The position numbers were made by a program, and so were the translations under genes. From Anthoceros angustus (Eukaryota; Plantae; Anthocerotophyta), in the NCBI GenBank assembly GCA_010909165.1, contig MU008170.1, positions 1,550,001 through 1,614,000 on the forward strand: a stretch of 64,000 nt of DNA, given 5' to 3'. How positions within the stretch are numbered: position 1 is the first letter of the stretch; each line of letters starts with the position of its first letter. This document shows positions 37,413-46,900 of the stretch, piece by piece. The notes under the pieces are model-generated. The model did no database searches. It worked only from the letters and a program-made list of their open reading frames with translations, and had not been told where the DNA came from.

Positions 37413-38309
37413 ATGGCTTCTCTGTGCAAGTGGTATGTCACGGCAGCGGCAGGCCCGGCCCAAGCAACATCCAGCAGACGGGAAACATGCAAGTTACCTG
37501 CTGGGCGGCTGAGTACTGTTGTTGGCATCTCTGGAAGCAGCAGATGCAGGAGCAGGAACAAGGCATTGGGGAGGCCAAGATCCGAGTATGTCTTGGACGA
37601 GGAGGCCCAGACGAAGGTGGAGGAGAGGCAGCAGCTCTTCAACAAGATCGCACCTATGTACGACGCGCTCAACGACTGGTTCAGTCTGGGGCAGCACCGG
37701 CTGTGGAAACGGATGACTGTTTCCTGGAGCGGAGCCAAGGCGGGAGACAAGGTGCTGGACATCTGCTGCGGGAGCGGGGACATTGCGCTGCTCCTGGCGG
37801 AGAAGGTGGGGAGGTCGGGGGAGGTGGTGGGCTTGGACTTCGCGCAGGAGCAGCTGCAGATCGCGGCGCAGAGGCAGCGGGAGTCCCGCGCCGCGGCCGC
37901 CGTGCCTATGCGCTGGCTGCAAGGGAATGCGCTCAGCCTGCCCTTTCCAGAGGCCACCTTCGATGCCGTCACGGTGGGGTATGGGCTCAGGAACGTGACG
38001 GACATCCCGCAGGGGCTGAGGGAGATCAGGCGGGTGCTCAAGCCTGGTTGCAAGGCTGCTATCCTGGACTTTCACCGGAGGCCCACAAAGGATGCGGGAG
38101 ACTTCCAGGACTGGGTGCTGGACACGCTCGTGGTTCCCCTGGCCACGCAGTTTGGCATGAGGGAGGAGTACGCTTACCTTAAGGGCTCGCTGGCCAGCTT
38201 CCCGCCGGGGAGGGAGCAGGAGAGACTGGCTGTGGAGGCAAGGTTCTCTGGCGCCTTCCACTACGAGCTGGCTGATGGGCATATGGGGGTGCTTGTCCTG
38301 AGGAAGTAG
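37413..38309 (+). CDS. MENG: 2-phytyl-1,4-naphthoquinone (demethylphylloquinone) methyltransferase, UbiE/MenG family, with predicted plastid transit peptide; intronless
   Basis: ERQQLFNKIAPMYDALNDWFSLGQHRLWKRMTVSWSGAK, SAM motif VLDICCGSGD, VGLDFA, GNALSLPF, GYGLRNVTD...EIRRVLKPG. The N-terminal extension is S/A/R-rich. Confidence 0.93.
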   Translation: MASLCKWYVTAAAGPAQATSSRRETCKLPAGRLSTVVGISGSSRCRSRNKALGRPRSEYVLDEEAQTKVEERQQLFNKIAPMYDALNDWFSLGQHRLWKRMTVSWSGAKAGDKVLDICCGSGDIALLLAEKVGRSGEVVGLDFAQEQLQIAAQRQRESRAAAAVPMRWLQGNALSLPFPEATFDAVTVGYGLRNVTDIPQGLREIRRVLKPGCKAAILDFHRRPTKDAGDFQDWVLDTLVVPLATQFGMREEYAYLKGSLASFPPGREQERLAVEARFSGAFHYELADGHMGVLVLRK

Positions 38310-38324
38310 GGATCCACCGCAGCG

Positions 38325-39041
38325 ATGGCCTTGGTGACGGTCTCTCAGCATCACTTCACGGGGGAGGGGGAGTACCTCACTGTGGGCATCCGGGAGGTGA
38401 TGGAGGAGGGGTATGGACTCTATGTCTGGCCCTGCAGCGTTGCCCTAGCGGAGTACGTGTGGCAGAACCGAAGCAGGTATGGAGGATTGAAGGTGCTGGA
38501 GCTGGGAGCTGGCACGGCCCTGCCGGGTATTGTGGCAGCCAAGGCAGGAGCTATGGTGACTCTCACAGATCGGGAGGACCTATCTCAAGTGCTGGCCAAC
38601 ATGAGCAAGACATGCGAGCGGAATCGAGTTGAGTGCAGGGTTGTTGGTCTGACCTGGGGCGATTTTGCTTCCATTTCGTCTGCCATTCTACATGACAAGC
38701 CAGAAATTGTGCTGGGAGCTGATGTGTTGTATGATGGGAAAGACTTCGACGACCTGTTTGCGACCGTCAGCTTCTTGCTACAGCAAAAGGATGGGGCGAA
38801 GTTCATCACTACTTACCAACGACGCTCTGGCCACTGGTCCATCGAATACTGGATGCGGAAATGGGGCCTGCATGTGACCAAGTTGGTAGACGCATCCTCC
38901 TTCTTGTCCGTGGAGAAGCTGTCTGGCATATCATGCTCTGTGGAGCTGGTAGAAATAGAACTTCGACAATTTGGCAGGGGTCAAAACCCGCCTAGATTAG
39001 AGGCACAAAGTGCTTCAGAGACTTGCAACGCAAGCATCTAA
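38325..39041 (+). CDS. METTL23: METTL23-like seven-beta-strand protein/histone methyltransferase (Methyltransf_16); intronless
   Basis: YGLYVWPCSVALAEYVW, VLELGAGTALPGIVAAK.GA.VTLTD, GLTWG, IVLGADVLYD..DFDDLFATV.FLL and YQRRSGHWSIEYWMRKWGL. Confidence 0.88.
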   Translation: MALVTVSQHHFTGEGEYLTVGIREVMEEGYGLYVWPCSVALAEYVWQNRSRYGGLKVLELGAGTALPGIVAAKAGAMVTLTDREDLSQVLANMSKTCERNRVECRVVGLTWGDFASISSAILHDKPEIVLGADVLYDGKDFDDLFATVSFLLQQKDGAKFITTYQRRSGHWSIEYWMRKWGLHVTKLVDASSFLSVEKLSGISCSVELVEIELRQFGRGQNPPRLEAQSASETCNASI

Positions 39042-39439
39042 ACCAGTAACATGTCCTTGCAGTCACAATTTTCCTGTGAACGGCTGCTCAATGTCTAGTC
39101 AGCTCAGAAGTATGAGAAGTAAAGGAAACCATAAATTCTCTTGCCCTCATCATGCTTGCCCCAGAGGCCACCATGTTCATACAGTGTAGACAGAGAAACG
39201 GTTGCATACTGTTGCTGTTCTCTCCCAACAACGTAACCCCCCTACAGCGATGGCTTCAACAAAATGAAAACTTTCATCACCAACTTCGGTCAAAACTGAA
39301 ACCTCCTTCCTCCCACCGAAGGAAATATGTTGTTGACGAAAGAACTGGGACTGATGCTTCCGGTGTTCAGTCCTCTCGTCAATCAAAACGAGGTTTTTGT
39401 CAATGCATCCCCGAGTCACGTGTGTTGGACACAGCCCAT

Positions 39440-40954
39440 TTATGAATTCTGGCTGGAAGTCGGTTGAGTGTCGTAAGCAGCGTCGGCAGATGAAGTGTTC
39501 ATGTCATTCAAACCAAGCTCCTCGTTCTGCTCCCAGGTTCTCTCATACTCCTGCACAGCAAGCTGTGTGTCATCCTCCAGTACTCCGACGTCGGAGGAAG
39601 GAGCGATGAAAGAATTAGCCAAAGCATCATCCAAAACCAGGGTCCACGGCGTGTCAACATCTTTGAGCTTCAGTAAACTCTCAAAAAACTTCTCCCATCG
39701 CTGCTTCTCTCCAGGTGCAGCACTGTCTCCTAATCTAAAATTACTCAAGCCCTGCAAAGTTTCGCCTATCTTGCTAACAAGCCCTTCCACCGTAGTCACA
39801 AGACCGCCGAGAGTGCCCGCCTCAAGCTCCAGATCCAGTTCAGGAATCCGAACGCTAGCCGTGTCCGACTTGATGACATCCCTACTCAAATCCGCCTTAT
39901 TCACAACGCGAACAGTGATCATCTTCCCCTTCAAAGGAATGCTTCCACCCGGCTTGAGCTCTGAATTCCGGAAACCACAGAGATCGCAACTGGACGCCAT
40001 AACAATCACCTCCTTGAAGTAAGGAATGTTGGTGACATACATCCGCGTCTCACACGCCGCTCCACAAGCTCCGCAGGTAGCCGGAAAGATCATCACCTCC
40101 TCCGGAGCAGAATACTTGAACAGTGCCGCGGCCACATCCGCACTGTTCCCCTGCGCAATAGCTCGATGCGCAGCGTACGCGCCGATCGATCCATGCGGCT
40201 CTCTGCTGGTTCCCGCCGGCACATACCTCCCCGCACCGCCATCGGCCATAGGAGCACTTCCACCTCCACTTCCATCGCTCTCCTGCCCCGCCGGCTGCGC
40301 CAGATACCCTAACGCTGCCTGCTGCTCCGGAGTCCGCTCATAATACACCGTCTCCAAGCACGGATCCTGCGCAGGAGCATGCAGGCTCTCCACAAAGCTG
40401 TTCCCCGCCGGATCATCCACCACAAAGGTGAATCCCCGGCCTCCGGTGCTGCAATCCCTCAGCTTGACCAGGAACTCGTCGATGGCCGCTGCCGTAGCCG
40501 GATCTGCCTTCCTCCGCTCCGGCTGCAAAGCCTGCAGCTCCTCCGCGGCCCGCATCAGGACTCCCTCCACCGTCGACAGAGTCCCCCGCTGCGCCTCCTG
40601 CGGTATCTCCAGCTCGATCTCCGGCACCTTGATGGACGCGGAGTCGGACTTCACCACCTGCCGGTTGAGCGAGGCTGCGTCCCCCGGGGACACGGTGAGC
40701 GTGATCCGGCAGCCGCGCGGGGCCAGCTGCCCTGCGAATTGCACCTCGTTGTTGAGCTCCCCGCAGTGCGGACACTCGAACGCCATGAGCACCAGCTCGC
40801 GGAAGTGCGGGATGCGGGTGAGCAGGATGCGCGTGACGCCATTGTGCTCGCAGCGCATGCACAGGCTCTCGATCTCCTCCACCGGCGCACCCCCCGCTCT
40901 CTCGCCATCCCTCGCCACGGCCTCGTCAGCCGCTCCCACGTCCGGCATCGCCAT
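39440..40954 (-). CDS. ZPR1: Zinc finger protein ZPR1; intronless
   Basis: Two ZPR1 repeats: IESLCMRC...TRILLTRIPHFRELVLMAFECPHCGELNNEVQ and CGAC...NIPYFKEVIVMASSCDLCGFRNSELK, each followed by TVEG and a DDPAGNSF/DDALANSF A/B domain. First ATG at 40954. Confidence 0.95.
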   Translation of the reverse strand: MAMPDVGAADEAVARDGERAGGAPVEEIESLCMRCEHNGVTRILLTRIPHFRELVLMAFECPHCGELNNEVQFAGQLAPRGCRITLTVSPGDAASLNRQVVKSDSASIKVPEIELEIPQEAQRGTLSTVEGVLMRAAEELQALQPERRKADPATAAAIDEFLVKLRDCSTGGRGFTFVVDDPAGNSFVESLHAPAQDPCLETVYYERTPEQQAALGYLAQPAGQESDGSGGGSAPMADGGAGRYVPAGTSREPHGSIGAYAAHRAIAQGNSADVAAALFKYSAPEEVMIFPATCGACGAACETRMYVTNIPYFKEVIVMASSCDLCGFRNSELKPGGSIPLKGKMITVRVVNKADLSRDVIKSDTASVRIPELDLELEAGTLGGLVTTVEGLVSKIGETLQGLSNFRLGDSAAPGEKQRWEKFFESLLKLKDVDTPWTLVLDDALANSFIAPSSDVGVLEDDTQLAVQEYERTWEQNEELGLNDMNTSSADAAYDTQPTSSQNS

Positions 40955-41542
40955 GCCCTTCGACAAGCTACTCAATCACTCAAATGACCTAATTCCCAAC
41001 CATGTCTGACTGCTCCCCAGAGACCCAACACATCCTTGTGACAGGACCACAATGCTCCACCTGCCTTGGCTCTCCAAACTGCTGGCATGAGAGAATTTGG
41101 TGCTCACTCTTCTCTGCTGCAAATTGAGTGCCAGCCGCTTCCACACGTCACAGGGTGGCCGCATGCCGCTGCTGGAGCAGAGGAATGGATGGGAGATGCG
41201 GTTGGGTTGCACACAACGTCGGAGACCAGCGTGCCCAGGTGAACTGGTGAACTGGGGCGATTTACAGAACCGTATCCAGGTAAACTTGTAGTGGTATCCC
41301 GTCAGATAGTATGTACACCTTGGAACTCACCAATAACAAATTATTAGTAGATAATTTAAATGAAAATAAATTTTATTTTTTAGTAAATTCAGAGACTTTA
41401 CGGATATTTTGAAGTATACATGAGGTCCTCATGGAGAGTAACTATGTAAGACACTAACAATTGGTGTTTATAGCATGTAGACCTGTAGGACCATGAAGTT
41501 GGGTATGGATGATACCTACATCCATTTGAATGAGGGAGGTCG

Positions 41543-41696
41543 AATCAACTTATGTCTGGATGTCATTCCTTAGATGAGCATTGATCCATCTGAATTAGAA
41601 AGTTCCAATCAACTCATGTTTCGATGTCACTCCTTCTATGAGCATTGATTCATCTGAACTAAGGAGTTCCAATCCACTCTTGTCAGGATGTCATTC
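41543..41696. repeat. Tandem repeat, 64-bp unit x ~2.4
   Basis: aatcaact..atgt...gatgtca.tcct...atgagcattgat.catctgaa....agttcc starts at 41543, 41607 and 41671. Confidence 0.85.
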
Positions 41697-41885
41697 GTCG
41701 AAGGGAGGACAAAACAAAGTTCTATTTCAACCTTGAACTTATGTAGGTCTCTTTATATATCTATATATCTAAAGGCCTTAGCTACTTTTTGCCCTTTTTG
41801 GGTGATCAAATATTTTTTATAACTAAACAAATAAAAATAGTTATCTTTATTCTCAACTTCAGTAATTCTAGAGCGATGTCCTCTA

Positions 41886-42324
41886 TGTCATGACATCCTG
41901 GTGTGATAACTTGTGAGTGGACATGTTGATTAGCTAGGATGTGCATGAGCATGGCATGCATGCCCATCTGTAGGCATGCACACACAAGCATGCTGATAAC
42001 CATGTGTGTGACCTGCGGAGGCCCGTGAATCGCGCGTAAGCAGCAGGACGGACCGTCTTTGGGCCAGTCACGGCGGAATTATGGCGCGCCATGGACGGCG
42101 ATCCTCTTGGGCGTCAAGGCGCACGCGCGGTGCCGATCGGCGGAAGGCGCGCCAAGCATTTAGGCGATATAAAGTAGGCTCCAATCCTGGCAAGCGGATT
42201 GCGATGTTTGTTCTTACAGCGACCATACGAATCCCAATGAAGAAGGGTGTGGAGTTCCTTTGACAATCACGGCTCTGGGAGGTGCGGGTGGATGGGCTTA
42301 GGCCCGATTGAAGGGCAATTTTGC
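41886..42324 (+). repeat. Left terminal repeat A1 (matches 51151-51586), contains TATA-like gatataaag
   Basis: tcatgacat...gtgataacttgtgagtggacatgttgattagctagg through ...ggcccgattgaag(g)gcaattttgc is shared with the right end. Confidence 0.9.
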
Positions 42325-44869
42325 ACATCGCAATCGCTCGCCTGAAAAGCGGCATCCAACCAAGAGGGTGAAGGGAATCCAAACACGTCACGAAAGAGTG
42401 GTGGACCACACGGATAAGTTGATGGTGAACCATAATGAGAGTCTTGTAGATTACGGTATCTTTGTTTTATGCGGGTGGTCCATTTTGCACCTAGCTACCT
42501 TAGCGTAAATAGAGCCCATATTTGTGGCGAGGTTGTGGGATGAAGTGATTGACAAACCGGCATGGCTCATGAACGGAAGGGGAACCAATCGACTTTGATA
42601 GAATGCCATACATAGTCTCTCGTAGAGGAAGGGATTGATAAGTTATGGTGTTTTGCGTGCAGGTGGACAAACGAGATCACTCCCGTCCAGGCTATCCCAT
42701 CACCCATGCGTCGGTCCGTAGGCCAAGTGGTCGGTTGAGAGGGAGCATAGTCCCATCCGATCCATAGCATTTGAAGAGAGTAGTGGTGGAGTCGAATGGA
42801 ATATGAAATAGCGCCTAGCAAGAATGATGTGTTCTTGAGACATGGCGGCATGTCATTGGTGATTTTGAGGAGAAGTTTAGGTGGGCAATCGATGAGATGG
42901 TGCTCAAGTACAAATCCGAGTTTACACCGAGATGGCATTGAGGAAGATGAGCACGTTTCTTGCGGAGGCGTTAACGTGCTATCGGGGCGCAAGGACCGGA
43001 TCTTGCAAGATGCGCGTGCTCGCCAAGGCAAGAATGGCCAAGAAGATGTTGAAGGTGGATGAGGTGGAAGAGGCGTCCGGTTCTACGGTGACACCATTAC
43101 ATACAGTGGATGAGATGTTCGCCAAATTCGTAAATGTTTCCGATATCGTCCATAGAAAAGATTCGGAGGCGAAGTTCACCATCAAGCATAACGAACCTCT
43201 CGATCCGCTTACTTGAGGTTGAGGCAAGCGGTAAAAGACACGCGTGTGAAGACAATGCGAAGCCGCCCAGATCTACATAGCTCTCCCGGAAGGCAAAGGA
43301 GGGTGATTGCCAATTTCTTGCATATGATGCAGTGCGGATTAGTGGAACAAGCCTATGAGATGGCCCGGTCATGAAGGCGATGGGTGACAGTGCCTCTTGG
43401 GAGGAGCACAATTTGGTCGGGACGGACATGCCGTGAATAACCCAAGGTTTCATGGTAGAACCACACAACGGAACATACTCGGATGAATCAATTCCCCAAA
43501 CAAAGGACATATGGCCAATAGCGCAGCCGCCACTAAAGCAACGGTGGAATGCCCTTGGGGGGGCACACAAAGCTTCGAGTGTGAATACCAAGTGGGGAAG
43601 GAAAAGGAGCGTTGTCGCACGTGTGCCAAGACCGGACATACTGAGCGGCGTGTTGGCGGGCCCATCACGAACTCAAGCCAAAAGGCGGTAGAACGGATGT
43701 CGGCGAAACCAGCGGGAGGGTACACTCGGGCGCTCCTCGGTGAGGTGCAGTGCAAGAAAATTGGCCATGGCGTAAGCACGGGGAAGTTCGGTTGTCACCA
43801 CCGAGGAGTATGATTCGGATCGAGGTGTATGCACTAATGACCATGAGGTCGTTTGAGGATGACAGGCTGGCCTTGACTTGGGAAGGCATGCGAGAAAGAA
43901 GGCCGAGGAAAAGGAATCACTCAAGATGCCCAAATCCTTGGGCAGTGTGAAGAAGACCGAGGTACGGATGTCGAGAGAAATCACCTAGTCTTGAGCTCAT
44001 GCTTGAGAAGGTGATGGACGTGCAATGAGTTTGCGTGACCTCGGGGTCAAAACACAACCATTGAGGCAAGCGTTAAAGGCTGGATGCGAAGGAGACTACA
44101 GGGGCGTGACGAGGTGTCCGGATGTGTCGGTTGGGTGAACACCTAAAACTGCGCACGGGCAAGGGGCATTGCCATGGTGAAAAACCAAGGCCGAGAGGTG
44201 ACGATCAGCAGGTTCGCTCGAACATGTGTTGGTGGACACGGTGCGGACCGGTATTGCTCGGGCGGGTGCGAAAGCCCCTGTCTGGAGATAAGCTCAAGCC
44301 ATGTGATGTCCACATCACCACATCGGAACCAAGGAACGAGTAATGGGAATGACCCGTGAGCGGTGCGCATAGAATTCAAGCCGGAACCAAGGATGCCTCC
44401 ATTGTCGTTCAGCACGGTATCTAACGCAAGGAACTATGACGTCTTGCTTGGGGCTGATGCCACACACGGCCCAACAATGGGGTAGATCTCGGAAGCATTT
44501 TACAGCCACGATGGCGAGATGGAGATTTCACACACGTGGCGGGATACCACTTGACATGAGGCGGCGGGATGAAAAATCAAATAGCATGGTGGCATTCACG
44601 GCTTGTTCGGATGTTGTGCGAGCAAGTGGTTTGGGAAGAAACCAGGATCTCATGCGGGAAGAGGTACAGGAGAGGATGTGGAGCCGCAAGTGCATGTACA
44701 TCGGGAAGAACCCCATGCTATCGAGGCATTGTCTCGGAGCTCACCCGACGAGTCAAGGCATGGAAGGCCTCCCAGGCGTCCGGACAACCATATGCCTAAG
44801 CTGAATTGGATGATACCACCTTGAGGATCAACACGGTGATTCGGTGGCAACCGACGAGCGAGGCATACA

Positions 44870-45930
44870 TCGATGGAGTTGTGTTCGGGGATCGTGGCTT
44901 GAGCGGTAAAGTGGAATGCGAGTAAAGAAATACACGTGTGTCGAAATAGATGAGAAGGCAGGCGTGTAAGTCCGGGATCATCGGATGCAAAGAGCATATC
45001 CAGCGTTGAGCATGGAAGCGGTGAAGGGATGTCGAGCATGCCGTCCGATGTTAGCTTGGTGGGGAAACGGCGGTTGAAAGCCATGGTGTCCGTCGATGTT
45101 AATTGCGGATGGGAATGCGGGGCGTTTTCTAGAGCTGGTTGTGGAAAGGGTGACGGTGTGGAGATGGCGTGATCGAGGATTACGAAGGAAATACGGTGAG
45201 CAACCCAACTTGCTGGTACCTATTGGAGAATGTCATGGAGCATTAGACAAACGCGAGCACATCGGGAAGAGCTATGACTTCGGATGGTGGCTAGGTGAGG
45301 AATTTGTCATTGATGCGACGGGTTCATATGCCCATCGCGCGGAGTTTTTGGACCAACATCACCGTGGAGGTGTTGAGGCAACATCGTGAACCCACCAAGC
45401 CGTAAAACGATCGTGGATGAGATTCGGGGCAGGCGGATGTTCTCGGCGGTCACGAAGGACGGACAAACGCGAGCACATCGAAGAGCTATGAGCAGGATGG
45501 TGGCTAGGTGAGGAATTTGTCATTGATCTGTCGAGACGGGTTCATATGCCCATCGCGCGGAGTTTTTGGACCAACATCACCGGTGGAGGTGTTGAGGCAA
45601 CATCGTGAACCCGGCCAAGCAAAAACGATCGTGGATGAGATTCGGGCCGGCGATGTTCGGCGGTGCGAAGGACGGACAAACCGCCGTGCTTTCCGATTAA
45701 ACAAGATTGGGAAGCCGAGAAGGGCCCGCCCACGTCGTAAGAAGCGCTTCTTATGCCTTCCGCAGGTGGGGACGGCATGGTAGTGGATGTCTGAACGAGA
45801 TCGGTGAGCCCACGGTGGCGAGCGTGAACGAGCCATGGGATTCGACAGATGGGGCATCACGAGGCATCTCCAGCATATCGCCGCAAGTTGCTCGGACAAG
45901 CATTCGACACTGCTTGCATTCGCGATGAAA
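44870..45930 (+). pseudogene. DNMT3-like C5 cytosine methyltransferase domain within pol (frameshifted as assembled)
   Basis: Motif I MELCSGI (44873); GMRVKKYTCVEIDEKA (44913); motif IV GWECGAFSRAGCGKG with the catalytic Cys (45107); motif VI CWYLLENV (45211); motif VIII GSYAHRA(R)SFWTNI (45321; compare DNMT3 AAHRARYFWGN); motif IX ERERAMGF (45820); motif X RRKLLGQAFD (45879). Confidence 0.88.
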
Positions 45931-46900
45931 ATGGTCACACAAATGGGCGGTACAAGGCGGAGGTGAGGCACACCTATTGGTACTCGAGAAGGCGAGTTTC
46001 CAACGGAGTATCGTGAAGAAGGTACATCGCGGACACCGCAGAACAATACAAGAAAACCGAGATGGTGTGAATTGACACAGTGGCGGATATCACGAGGAAC
46101 TAGAGGAAGCCGATCAACGAGATCCGGATATGCTCTGAAAACACGCCTTGGCGTTATTTGCTGAGCTAGGCGGTATGATCGCATCAAATTCAAGATCACC
46201 ACCACCACTAGTGAACCCGTGTTCGACGAAGGCCTGTGAGTCCCATGGAGTGGGACATCGTGAACACCAAGCCGTAAAACGATACGTGGATGAGATTCGA
46301 CAGGCGATGTTCTCACGGCAAGGACGGACAAACCGCCGTGCTTTCCAAAGAAGATTGGGAAGCCGAGAAGGGCCCGCCCACGCCGTAAGATCGCCTTATG
46401 CCTTCCGCAGGTGGGGACGGCATGGTAGTGGATGTCACTGGAAACGAGATCGGTGAGCCCACGGTGGCGAGCGTGAACGAGCCATGGGATTCGACAGATG
46501 GGGCCACGCGAGGCATCTCCAGCATATCGCCGCAAGTTGCTCGGACAAGCATTCGACCGACTTGCTGCGCATCGAACGTGGTCACACAAATGGGCGCAAG
46601 ACTAAGGTGAGGCACACCTATTGGTACTCGAAGGCGAGTTTCCAACGAGTATCGAAAGAAGGTACATCGGACACCGCAGAACAATACAATACAAGAAAAC
46701 CGAGATGGTGTGAATTCAAAGATACGAGTGGCGGATATGCGAGGAACTAGAGGAAGCCGATCAACGAGATCCGGATATGCTCGAAACCGACACGCCTTCG
46801 CTCACGAGCTAGAGGTATGATCGCATCAAATTCAAGATCACCACCACCACCACTAGTGAACCCGTGTTCGCAAGCATGAGTCCCATGGAGTGGGACATCG
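45249..46900. repeat. Two tandem duplications inside pol (~218 bp: 45249/45467; ~655 bp: ~45600/46256) that duplicate the MTase C-terminal half
   Basis: aaacgcgagcacatcg occurs at 45249 and 45467. ERERAMGF and RRKLLGQAFD recur at ~46469 and ~46528. Junction microhomology is (g/a)acatcg. Confidence 0.85.

Noticed and set aside
37424-41009. Long overlapping ORFs on alternative frames and strands of MENG, METTL23 and ZPR1
   Set aside because: These are shadow ORFs expected from high GC3 codon bias.
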